A stretch of 64,000 bases of DNA. It comes from Monocercomonoides exilis PA203 (Eukaryota; Protista; Preaxostyla). A program made the translations under genes and the position numbers. Positions within the stretch are counted from its first letter, which is position 1. Each line of letters opens with the position of its first letter. The notes under the pieces are model-generated. The model ran no database searches and was not told the DNA's origin. It was given only the letters and a program-made list of their open reading frames with translations. Positions 40,449 through 52,884 of the stretch are shown piece after piece. The stretch spans positions 868,001 through 932,000 of the forward strand of contig LSRY02000025.1 in the NCBI GenBank assembly GCA_001643675.2. The letters run 5' to 3'.

Positions 40449-41390
40449 AGAATCCGATTGTTTTCTTTTGGTTATTGTCCCTGATATGTCCCTATAATTA
40501 AATTGGTTATTGTCCCGCTTATATATGTATTTATCGAGATTCATTAATAAAGAGAGTTATGAGGGAATTCATTGATCTTTGAGTGAGGTTTTTGGAAGAG
40601 AGAGTTGTTGAGAGTGTGAAGTGATGTTTTATCATTGTGTCTGTCTTTTTTCTTTGTTGAATTTGATCTTTTTGAGTCAAAGAGAGAGAAATATCAGAAA
40701 GGGGTGAGTGGATGGAAAACAAAAGAAAAACAGTCAAGTTTGTTTTTGGACTTGAAGTATTTGTAATCTTTTTTGTTTGGAATTGTCATTGATTTCATGA
40801 ATTAGCTGTTATAGTACTGCTTTTTATTTGACCTTTCATTGTTCAGAATATTGGGCAATTTGATAATGATTAGTGAGAATTTCTTGAGAATGAAATAGAA
40901 AATAAATATGTTTGTGTTTGATTGAAAGAAAAAGATGTCTTTGTATTTAATTTTGTTTATCGTCAGATGTTGCAAAAAGTTATTTGGAATTGTTTTTTTA
41001 TTTGTTTCAATAAGTTTAACTTAGTTTTTTAGTGTTTAAGTTTTTTGGTTTGTTTGTTGTTGTTTCAATGTTCCAATTCATTTTTTTCGAAACATTTCCA
41101 ACATTGTGCACAGTGAACTGGTTTGATTATTTGAAAATTGAATGTTGACAATAATGAACAACAACAATGTGAAAAAATCAAATCAACTGATTTCATCAAG
41201 GATATGAAAAAATAATGAAAAAATTAAGATTGCAAATAAGAGTGAATTGACAGCTGAGAATTCTTATTCTCAAAAAATAAGCAAAACGAAAAAATATCAT
41301 TTCATTAATATACAGATTGAATTTTAAAATAAAAATTAAAACATTAATATTTCATCCAAATAAATATAAAACTTAATGCTTATACCAATA

Positions 41391-42772
41391 ATTATGGAAA
41401 TGATCATAAGGAAAAAATATTTTTAAGGTATCCCACGAGGGTCACACCTTGGGTGACATTTTTTTTGCACGAATCGATTTGTTGTTATGAAGGTGCGTGA
41501 AACATGTCAAAAAAAGGGGTACCAAGGTGTGACCTCTTTTTCGAAAAATGTATCTCAAATTTTCAGATCAAAAATCTATGAAAATTTTTCGCTTTTTTGT
41601 TCTTTCAAGAACGAGAAAATGCTTATATTCTATTTGTGTTCAAACATTTCATAATTATCAAAATAACAATATTCATTAAAAATGATTAAAAAAAATGTGT
41701 GTTTAGAACTTTTTTCAATGAGAAAAAATTCCATAACTTTATTTCAAAATGTTCTTTCAACAATTTTTCTCACATTGACGTTGCATCGAGGTTTGTTATT
41801 TGTTATCATATGAGGAAAACACATGTTTTTTAAACAAATCTTTTTCATAGACAATCAATAGTTGTTCTTTCTTTTGTTTTTAATGAAAATATTTATATGA
41901 TTGGTATGCCAAAGAATAATTGCTAATAAAAGGCAGAGAAGGAAGTTTGGTTTTTATTTATTTTTCTATATATGAATATTAACCTGTTGATGTCTTTTTG
42001 TGTTGTTTTAGGGGCAGCAGGTCAAAAAGAATGAAAATGAATGAAAGCGGGATATCTCATTGTGCAGGCTGACCATCGAGTTGAGCCAGCGAATTCATAC
42101 GAAAAGTGCCCAGGGTGAAGGGATTGGGAAGGGAATTGGAGATGATATTTTCAGACGAGAAACAAGGATATTTTTCAATGAGAAAGATGAAATTGAGCAA
42201 AATGCATAAATTTCACATTTTTCAGAAGGACCAGAAATCGATGCATTTGATGGAAAAACAACTGACGGAAAGGATGTTTGGGGAATCAGATGATGAAACA
42301 CTTGAAAAAGGAAGAAATAATGAAATTGATAAAGAAAACAGTTGCCAATAGGATAAAATTTAGACATTGGCTTAAAAATAGGTTCTGAAGGTTTGCTGTT
42401 ATTATTATTTTTTTTTGAAGTGATTATAATTTTTTTATTCAGGATGTTGAAAGAGCGAAGAATTATATGGCTTTGAAGAAGAAAAGCAAGGAAGAAAAAT
42501 GAAATGAAGATTGATGAAATTCAAGATAAATCGAAGATGGCTTGCATTGTGCTTTGGCGAAGAATTATTTTTGAGGAAAGAAGATTTCTTGTGAAAGAAG
42601 GGGAATTGAATGTGGAAGAGATGGAATGAAAAAGAGATTACTCAATCTTTCGTATTTTTTGTTGGAGAGAGAGAAAGAGATTGAGCTGAAAGTGAAAAAG
42701 GATTCAGATGTTTCTCCTCTGCAGAAGAAAAAGAAACAGAAGACGAGAATTTCAATGAATTTCTCAGTTGAT
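41391..42772 (-). repeat. Right arm of 1,382-bp inverted repeat
   Basis: Reverse complement of 34037-35418. Confidence 0.95.
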
Positions 42773-45747
42773 AATAATATGCATTCATTTTCAATATTCT
42801 CGATCTTCAATAACATCAAAAATTAACTTCTCCTTTTTCAACAAACGAGGCAAAACCACATCACATGCCTTCTCCTTCTTCCTTATCTTCCTCTTCCTCT
42901 TCCTCATCCTCTTCTTCTTCTTCTTCCAAATCCACCACCGACTCTCGGTCAGAAGCGATGAGCGAGATGAAGACGGAACCGGAGATGAGCTTCGATTCGA
43001 CTTCTCGTTTTTCCTCCGAATGTTTCGTGAGCGGAGTGGTTGGTGTGTTTGAGGACAATGTGGCAGCGGGAAAGCACGGCATCTTTCAGAACAAGCAGCA
43101 GTGAAGAGAAATGGCGGGGAAACAGATGAGAAGAGCGAGAAAGAGAAAGAGAAGAAAAGAGGGAGATGGAAATGGAGAGGAAGAGGAGGAAGATAGAGGA
43201 AGATGAGATAAATATTAAGAGGAAGAAGGAGTAATGAGTGATTCAGAACACAAAAAGCGAAGATACGAAAAAAGTGCAAAACAGAAGAGATAGAAAGAAG
43301 AGAAGGAAGAACTGGGCAAGCTGCAAAAAGATAATTTTTACGGGTGTGAATCGTACCACTTTCGAGAGCAGGTGATCAAAGACACTGTGGAAAATAGGAT
43401 TAATGATGAATGAGAACAAAATACAGAAAAGAAGCCGAAGCAAAAGGAACACAAACAGAATTCGTCACGAGCGCAGGGCATAGATACAAGAAATCATCGG
43501 AATACACCATCATTATCTTCTTCTTTTTCTCCACTCATTTATTCTCACCATCGATCTGCTTATTCAGACTCCTTCTACGAAGCGAGCGAAGATGAAAAAG
43601 ACGAAGAAAACGATGAAACAAACGACTCTATAGATGACTCAGATTATCCTTAACATGCTAGGCAGTCAGCAGAACGAGATGTTCGAATGGATTTTGGCTC
43701 AACTTGTGTCTTCCGAACGAATCAAGAAAGACATTCGTTGATGATGCAGCCAAGCGAGTTTACAATAGGCAACTTTGTTGTGTGTGCGCCGTCGATTCGA
43801 TATGGGCCGTATGGAGAGGAGGAGGAAGAGGAAGAGAAGGAGAAAGGAGAGAAAGAGAAGAAGGATGAAGAGAAGCAGAAGGATGGAGAGAAAGATGAGG
43901 GAAACAAAGGGAAAACAGAAAAGGGACTGACTTATCGAACTCCAAAGGGAATGCAAGCGATGAGAATGAAGAAAGAGCAAAGAGCGCCTTTTGTTCACAA
44001 AATCGACCACAAAAGAGGAACATCAATATCATCATCACTTCCAAGTTTCGATGATCCTGACACAAATAAAGGAAAAAATTCTTCTTCTTCTTCTTCTTCT
44101 TCTTCTTCTTCTTCTTCTTCTTCTTCTTCTTCGTCCAGCCAAATAATCTTCACAGCCTGTTCTCCACACACATATTTTACCACAAATGACTGGGCGCGTC
44201 TGCTCTCTTCATTCAGCAGTCATTCCAAACGATTCTATCACAGCACAAACATTTTTGGAAGAGCTGTTTCTTCGATAAGGAGAATACATCAACAATTGAT
44301 GGAAGATGATTCAAAAGAAATGTTATCAGATGAAAGCAGAGAAGAAGATGAGAAAGAAGAATTCAATTCATCTGAGAAGCCTAAGATTCATTCACATAAG
44401 TCTCAAAATTTAGGTTTTTCTTCTTTTCCTCCTCCTCATTATGAAGACCATCGTCTTCGCCTGATCAACCTACTTGCCCGGGTGATAGGTGTGTGTACGC
44501 TGCTATGGTTGAGTGGCAAGACAAAACACGTTTTTTGCACTGGTAAAAAGAGCTGGTGAGATGTGAATTTGTGGAGAACAACTTTAAGCAGGCAGATGTG
44601 GAGCAGGAGAAGGAGAAGGCCGCGTGGAGGAATAGAACACGCTTTGAAGTGGGGGATGCAGAAGAAGAGGATGAGAAAAAGGAGAAGATGAAGGATGAAA
44701 AAGGAATAGCTTCCTCTTTTGATAATTTTAATTCAAAAGTTAAATGCGATGGAGAAACGAATGGGATGAGTCAGCTTGGCAACTTGAGTGATAACAATAA
44801 ACTTGATTCTGCGACTCAATCAGAAGAATTCAGCAACTTTCAAATAGTGCTTGGCAGGAAAGGCGACTTTGCTCAGCCTCCAGAAGTTCATTTTTCCTCT
44901 TCTTCTGTTCGCCACTGCAACTCCTTATTCATTCACAGGCACAGAATAAACAGCAACATACTCATTCTTCTTCTCCTACTCCTTCCTCTGCTTTTCCACT
45001 TGGTTTGCTTTCTTCCCATTCTGCGTGTCTTCATCCACACAGAAGAAGGGCTGGCCATCAGATGAAGAGTTCTGCTGAGCCAGAGGCAAAAGGGAAAGAT
45101 GAAATTTATTTTTTTTTTTATCAAAAGAATACTGATTCATTTCATTGAGTGCTCAGATCTAAAGGGATAGAAAGAGGAGAAAATGAAGAGGGAAAAGGAT
45201 GATTTTGAAGATGAAGGAGATCGAGGAGATGAGAGAGATAGTGGTGAAATGCAATCAAGGCAGATGAAAGTGGGGGAAAAAAGAAATTGAAAAACGGAAG
45301 TGACAAAGAACTTGAAAAAGTCAGAAATGGAAACGAAGAAGAAGAGAGTGAAAGTGAAAGAGAAAGAAGAAGATGCCGAGAAGGATACGCAAACATGCAA
45401 GCACCAAAATCGTTCAAAAAAGCGCCAAATGAATAGACTAATTCTTATCAATCTGAACAATTTGATGGAGTGGCTGCCAAAACAACGTAATTGCTAGAAT
45501 TAGAACTTTTTTTGTATCATCCTCCATCAAATATTATTCATGGCTAACTGATTGTTGCTGTGTTCAAATGCTATGCTTTTTTGTGGATTCTTCTTCTGAG
45601 GCAGAGAAAGACCAAGCTGCTGATGAGTGTCCAAATGCAACGCATATCTCTTTCATTGAAGAGTCTTATTTGTCAGTCTCGAATTTACCTTCTTCTTCTT
45701 CCTCTTCATTTCCCTTTCCCTCTTCCTCTTCCATTTCTTTTTCCACG

Positions 45748-45785
<38 letters not shown>

Positions 45786-47950
45786 CACTTCTTCTTCGTC
45801 TTCTTCGTCTTCTTCGTCTTCTTCGTCTTCTTCGTCTTCTTCGTCTTCTTCGTCTTCTTCGTCTTCTTCGTCTTCTTCGTCTTCTTTGTGTGCATAAACA
45901 TCATATAACAATGCTTTTTTATCATCATCTCTCACTTCATTTGATTGGATTTCTTCATTTTTGTCATCTGAATGAGATATATATTTGAATATAGAAGGCA
46001 TTTGTGAAAAAAAGAAGCATGTTGAAAATGAGAAGATGATTGATAAGTTAATGAAGAGAATGAAGATTAGAGAAAGAAGAGCATGTATTGGTAAAAAAAC
46101 GATGAATGGAAATCGGATTGAAAAAAATTAAGAGATTTGAAAAAATGCAAAAGTTAAATGGAAAGGGGAAGAAGTTGGAACAAAAGACGATAACGGACCA
46201 GAACAGGAAGCGACAACGAAGCAAGAAGAGTTCGTTGAATATCTGAATCATTCTTGCTTTTGTTTTTCTTTTTTTCAAGTATCTTGGAGAACAGCAACGA
46301 GGAGCTGGGAAGGGTGTTGAGAAGCTACGCAGTGGAGAGCATATTCACAGTTGAGGTGCCATGTGGAGGTTTCAGGTGGCATGACGCCTCCTCCTTTGAT
46401 CAAGGCGATGCTGAGCGCACAGGTGTAGGAACAGATAAGATTGCGGAGTGTGGAGGGGTAATTCAGGGTGGAGAGGCTGTCGTTGGTGAGTTGAAAGTGA
46501 CCTACACGCATGCTTCTACAGAGCCGGCCGAGAAAAATGATGGTAAAGATAAAGCGCATCAAAATAAAGGAGCTTTTTAATCTATTTGGATCAAAGTGTG
46601 AAGGAATATTTCTTTAACAACAATTACAAGATCTGAAGCGATAAGATGTTCTACCGAGCTGTCGGAGCTATCATCTAACACAAGCGCGGACGAGGTAGCG
46701 TTGAAAGAGGAAAGGATGATGTGGAAGAGAAAGAATCAGGAGGATGTGCGATCACGAAGAGCAGGTTTTGAGAAGTGAAGTGCTCCCTTGCAAGCATATA
46801 GCAGTTCGGAATTGAGGTAAAAGAACAGGCCAGCGAATGAAAAGAAGTTAGAGAGATACATCAAAATATTATTCATCAAGGTTGAAGACAGAATAGCGTA
46901 TGGACGATAAAGAGGAACGGAAGGAGATCCGGCTTTTATATGAAAGAAGCTCTGAGAAACTCAACAAAAACGGAATATATGTGGTGAAGTGAACAAGAAC
47001 AAGGCTTTCAGTTACTGATTGGAATTGGATATTGTTGATGGTGCGTGTCTTGGTAGAGGAATATCTAGTGGGAGCGGAAGAAGGTGATGAAAGGGGAGGA
47101 TATAGACATCGGGATCGGTGTCGAGGGCGGGAGAGCAGGAGTCGGAGCCGCAGATAAAGGTGTTTTTGGAAAGAGAGGGCTAGATGACGTTGATGGAAAA
47201 GAAGGACTCGTTGATTTGGTGGGGGATGTTGGGCATCTGAGAAATAAATCCTTTGCCACGAAGCAATCATTTAATGCAAAGCGGAGGTGGAGATAAAGAG
47301 AGGGATGGGAGGGGAGCTTTCACGCTTTTTCCAATCGATAAATGGTCAATGCCTATGCTTATTGAATGGGAGCATATGTACTGTGTGAAGATGTGTGCCG
47401 ATGAAACAAGCTGTGAATTATCGTTATGAAGGCGCATCATTGCTGTCAGCCCTCAACAGCATCTTCGCTTCCACGGATTGTGCATATAAGAACCTTTCTG
47501 TCACCTGAACTCACGATGTTGCAGATGTTTGATGAGTCAAAAGCGAAGGCTGTTATGGGTTCTGAGGCACTCAGCCTCGAAGCTGTTGAGCTGGTCAGAG
47601 CAGACGGGAAGACTGCCACTAGTGAAGAATCAGCGAAGAAAGAGAAAGCAAATAGATGAGATACAAGGACAGTGAAAGTGGATGTAGCAGCCATGTGGAG
47701 AAATAGGCCATTCAAGGAGACAGCGGAGATGCAGTTGGATCAATGGGCACACGCCCTTCTTCTTCATCAGCCATCGCAGACGATAGGAGTGTTTTCAGAA
47801 CCTGCATGGAAAAGAATCAGTGCGACAAAAGGAAAGCAGAAGGGGTGAATGTCTAGATATAAAATGATAAAAAAAGAAGTGAAATGAGAATGAGTGGAGT
47901 GCGGAAGGTTTAAAGATGTGGAAAATGATGCGAGAATGGTTGCAAGGTGA
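41900..47950 (+). pseudogene. Long decayed intron-containing gene starting inside the right repeat arm
   Basis: Intron-like GTTTGC...TTCAG at 42391-42442; coding-like Glu/Lys/Ser-rich frames (for example 43687-44559, 44556-45065, 46254-46580) repeatedly broken by stops and frameshifts. Confidence 0.5.
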
Positions 47951-48737
47951 AATCTTTTTCAGTGTTAAAAGTGGTGCATGAATTTCATAGATTTTTTCGT
48001 TTGTTTCTTTTGACAACGTTTATCAATTATTCAAAATGACTTTTAAAAAAGAATTGTTTGTTTTTAACATATATAAACAACAAATTGTTGTTTATTCGAT
48101 TAATACCTTTTGTTACTATCAAATTTGTCATTGTTTGTTTTGAAAATTTTTTGTTAACAACAAAAATTTTCTGATCTACAAAATAAATTTTATAATTTCT
48201 TTGCAATGAAATTATTTTACAAATATTTAAATAAGAAATTGATTTACAACGTTATAAAAATTATTGTTATCATGTTTTTGAAATCAGCAAACTTATGTTT
48301 TATTATGTTTATTGAATTTTCGATATTTTTTTTTGAAATTATTTTTATTTCAAGATATTTGAAATAAAATCAATTGGAAACAAATTAAAATCAACAAATA
48401 AATAATAATAATAATATATTGAACTATATTTTCGCATTATTTTACAAAAATATTTTCTTATCAACCCCACCCTTAATGAAAAATTTTTATGATCAAACTT
48501 CGTAATTTTTTATGATATCAAAAATAATCACCCAATTCAAATAAATTTTTAATTAATGAAAAATCCATCAAAGTTCATCACTTTTCAAATAAGAACATAA
48601 AAACACGGTTGATGCAAGAATTTGTGCATTAAAAAGAATTTGGAAGATTTTTTTTTAACAAAATTCAAAAAAGGTTGAATTTTATTTGACCCAGATATAA
48701 AACATTAGCAAATTTTCAAATAGAATAACTCATTTGG

Positions 48738-48975
48738 CAAATTTTTTTTTTAAACTTCATTTTATTTAGCATTCAAATAAAATAAAAATTTCATATTTTC
48801 ATCGATTTTCTGTTCACACTCACGAAACTTTTCTTTAATGGAAATTATAACATTGTCAAGATTTTATTGTCATAAAAGCGAAATTTTGTGAGTGGGAACA
48901 GAAAATTGATGAAAATATGAAATTTTAATTTTATTTGAAAAATAAACAAATGGAACTTTTTCAAAAAAAATTTTG
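48738..48975. repeat. Imperfect fold-back palindrome, MITE-like
   Basis: TTCAAATAAAATAAAAATTTCATATTTTCATCGATTTTCTGTTCACACTCAC pairs with GTGAGTGGGAACAGAAAATTGATGAAAATATGAAATTTTAATTTTATTTGAA; paired coordinates sum to 97711. Confidence 0.8.
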
Positions 48976-50027
48976 ATTTATAGAATATTTCGAAAGAAAT
49001 AAACAATGTTTTAAAATTTATTGCAGTCTAAACCGGATATAATCACATCGGTTTTTGCACAACTTTTTGTGACTGTATACGATTGTGATTATACATGATG
49101 ATGCTTTACACAGAAAAAAATAAAAATTCATTCATTAATTAATTAATTAATGGTCGATTTTTTCATTTTTGAAAATTCTTCATCAAAACGCATTTTTCAC
49201 TTGCGAAATTAATTTTTTGCATCAATGCATATAACTTTAATTTATTTGAGTATATTTTTGAAAAAGTGAAAAAATTAAAATTTTTGATCAAAAAATCGAT
49301 TTTTCATTGAAAAAGCACCCATAATAAAATAAAATGTGATTATATATTTTCAGCCCTGTGATTATATGTTATGGAAAATGAATGAAAAACAAGCAAAAAA
49401 TGTCGATGCATGGAAAAATGTGACTATAAACGAATGTGATTGTATTCGACGTGATTGAATCAGGTCTTGACTGTACACAATTGTTAATAAAAACTTCGTC
49501 AAGTTGTTTTCTTTTTTGAAAATATGATTCAAACACTTCATCAAAATTTGAAGCTTTCGTTATCTTGTGCAAACATTTGAAACATGTGAAAAAATGTTGG
49601 GATAATGGTTTGAAATTCAACTTTAAGAATAAAAAAATATTATTTCCCTTTTTTTTCGTTTTTATCAGAACAATAAAAATATAATTAAATACAAAAATTT
49701 GAGATTTGTGTTGAAAGAAAATGGATTTTTTTTTTCTTAATTTTTTTTAAAAAATTTTATTTTTTTGACACCTTCAATTTTTTATATTTGTTGTGCTATA
49801 AATTCTATGAGCTCCAATATTTTCCTCTTGAGATAATCAGACACAAAATTATTCTTGAAACACTTTTTCTGAATCAGATAAAGCGCAATATTTATAAAAT
49901 TCTTAATTTTTCGACCACCTTATATCATTCCTTTCCCAATAAAAGAAAAATAAAGGATTATCATTATCGAATTTTCTTAAACTGTCAATAAAAAAAAATT
50001 GCAAAATGAGGATAAAAAAGTTTTCCT

Positions 50028-52740
50028 TTATTTTTCGATTTTCTTTTTTGGTTTTTTTAGCGTGCTTCCCTTCTTTTTCTTTGATCCCTTCTTTTTCCCC
50101 GTAGGTTTCTTGCTATCCATCATCATCTCGTCCATCGCCATCATCATTTCATCGTCATCAACATCAAAATCGTCGCCTATCATTTCGTCAAGCCCGTCAA
50201 AAAGCCCTTCTTTTTCAATTGCTGATTCCTCTTCTTTACTTTGCTTTTCTTCTTTAATTTCTTCAACTTTGCTCTGTATTTCTGATTCAATGCCTTCTGC
50301 TGCTTTTTCTGTGAGATCCTCTTTCACATTTGCTTTTACTGCAACCTCCGAAGCCGAATCCACCTCTTTTGCAACACTCTCTGCAGAGCTGTTCTCTTTG
50401 TCTTTTGTTACTTGAGCTTCACCAGTCAGTTTGCCAACCTCTGTGCTTTCCATTCCATTTTCTCCAGTTTTGCTGTCTTTTTCTTGCTCTCCTTCCTTTA
50501 TTTCCGCTGAAACGACGTTCACTGCTTCTTCTTCGTTTGCCTTGTCATTGAGCTGTTCTCCTTTTCCCTCTCCTTCTCTGCTTTCTTCTGCTGCGACAGA
50601 TGCAAGATTGCTTTCTGCGAATGATTCTTGAAGAGCTCTGTTCAATTCATCGTCATCAACATCGGCGGAAGGAAGAAACGTTGATTTCAGTCTTTCCATT
50701 CTCTCTCTCTCTTCTCTTTCCAGCCTTTCCCTCTCTTCCCTCTCTTCCCTCTCTTCCCTCTCTTTTCTTTCTTTCTCTTCTTTTTCCTTCCTTTCTCTCT
50801 CTTCCCTCTCTTCTTTTTCCTTTCTCTCTTTTTCTTCCCTCTCTCTCTTCTCTTTCTCTTCTCTTTCCTTCTTCTCTCTTTCCTCTCTTTCTCTTCTTTC
50901 CTTTTCTTCTTTCTCCCTTTTCTCTTTCTCCTCTTTTTCTTTTCTTTCTCTTTCTTCTTTCTCTTCTCTCTCCTTTCTTTCTTTTTCTTCTCTTTCTCTC
51001 TGTTCACGTTCGATTCGCTCTTTTTCTTCTTTTATTTTTTCTTCTCTCTCTTTTCTTTCTCTTTCTTCCTTCTCCTTCTCTTCTCTTTCCCTTTCCTCTC
51101 TTTCTCTCTTCTCTTTCTCTTCTCTTTCTTTTTCTTCATTCTCCTTTCTTTGCTTTTCTTCAATTTCTTTCTCTTTTGCTTTCGCATTTTCTTCTTCCTT
51201 CTCTTTTTCAGTATCATCTTTCTCTTTTTCTTCATTCGTCTTTGCAGTTTCTTCCTCTTCCACCTTCTTCGACTCATTCTCTTCTCTTTTCTTTCCTCCA
51301 ACAACCATCACAATCTCTCCATCAGTGATTTTAGTTTCGTGTGAGGATGAAATGACAGAAGAGAGGGAGGTTGACAAAGACGACGAGTACACTGAAGAAA
51401 GAGAGGATGAAGGCACAGAAGCCGACATGCTTAGAGGGATGATAGGGATATTGCTGGCTGGATGCGAATATGAAGAAGAAGCAGAAAGCGAAGAGTCACT
51501 CAAAGACGAAAGAGAAGACGAAGGAGCAGAAGCTTCCAGCGATGCAGACTGCAAAGAAGGAGCATTTGCTGATGGAGAACTTGAGCTTCCAAAGGAAGAT
51601 TTCCCAGATGTCAGGACTGATGGAGACGAGGCAGAAAGAGAAGCTGGAGGAGAATACGAAGACGCCACATTCGGCCCAACGATTCTTCGCGCGCCAGACC
51701 TCCGACTGGACGGATTGCTTGCAGTTATCCGCGTCGGAATTTCATACAGAGGAACGGGCTTTGAACCGTCTTCCTTGTTTTCTTCTTCTTCTTCCAATTT
51801 ATCATCGTGCTTTTCCTCCACTTTTGGTTCAGATGGTGCATTAGAAACGACAGATTCAGCAGGGTCGCTCTTTTGCTGTTCATTTCCAGAAGTAATGTTC
51901 GTTGAAAATTTCTCTTCAACTGCAGGAGGAGGAGTGATTGGAGAAACAGGAGGCAGTTGAGCTAATTGCGAATAAGTTACAGGCTCAATTGTTGTAGGAT
52001 GTTTTGTAAATCCTTGAGAAACAGAGTTTGAGGTTTGATTATTCTGATTTTGATCTGAACCAACTGCAGTGGTTTCAATTGACAGGTTTGTTTTAAAATT
52101 TTCCAATTGATTAGTGTTTGCAACGGTTCGAATACGCTTTGGTATAAAGCTGGCAACATTGTTCACTTCTATTCGACTTGTTGGTTGTGTATCAATTGGT
52201 TCAATGATATTGTTTTGATTATTTTCAATTTTTTGATTTTTTTGTGTGTGGGATGCAGATGAAGTATACAAAGTTTCAACAGTCTGAGGAGTGTTCTGCT
52301 GTGCAGCTCGGGTGCTATGATTGAAAAACAAACAATAATTTCCAATTTATATTCGAAAAAAATTCAAACTTCAAATAGCCAAATAATGATTGAGTAGCTC
52401 TATTTAAATCAAATGACACTTCTGTGCATGATGCAACAGCTTCTTGAAGCGAAGTGGTTTTTATCACATCTTCAACCATTGGTTGAAGAGATTCAACGCG
52501 ATGTGGAATTTTTCCAGTATGAGCCTTTAGAGGTTTATTAATTCGAAAAGAGAAAATAAAATAGATCAACTAAAATAAGAATAACACTTAAACCTTCAGT
52601 TCCTTCACTCTGTGAGTGTTTTGGGCAATGTTTATATTGACAAAAGCCAAACCAATAGAAGCTTCTGATGACACAGTCTCAACGGCTGTACCCACCGTCG
52701 GTAATATTTTATCGAATGTCTTACTGAATAGAAAGCTCAT
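50028..52740 (-). CDS. Protein with BORCS8/MEF2BNB-like N-terminus, Ser-rich linker and long E/R/K charged helix; 3 exons
   Basis: ATG at 52740: MSFLFSKTFDKILPTVGTAVETVSSEASIGLAFVNINIAQNTHRVKELK, resembling the 'ANEPSVGL..(V/I)..H(V/I)...LK' signature of BORCS8; the last exon is ORF 50028-52320. Confidence 0.55.
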
Positions 52741-52884
52741 TAATGTTTCTATTCCGGAAGGCGAACGACAAAAAGAAAATGATAATTTTATAAAGGTTAA
52801 ACAATCTGAAAATTTATTTATTTCTTCGGATCATAAAAGAATTGTTGTTATTCTTTTGTTAGCGATTTAGAAGTTATATCAGCA

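Noticed and set aside
40311-40460. HDV-like or hammerhead ribozyme, or SECIS, for the structured segment
   Set aside because: CAGCCUCC and GCUAA look HDV-like, but the P1.1 GG after P1 and a proper P3/L3 are missing on both strands. There is no CUGANGA/GAAA core and no AUGA/GA quartet.
40531-41390. Second element gene such as Fanzor/TnpB
   Set aside because: Only a 68-aa low-complexity minus-strand ORF; no RuvC or zinc-finger motifs.
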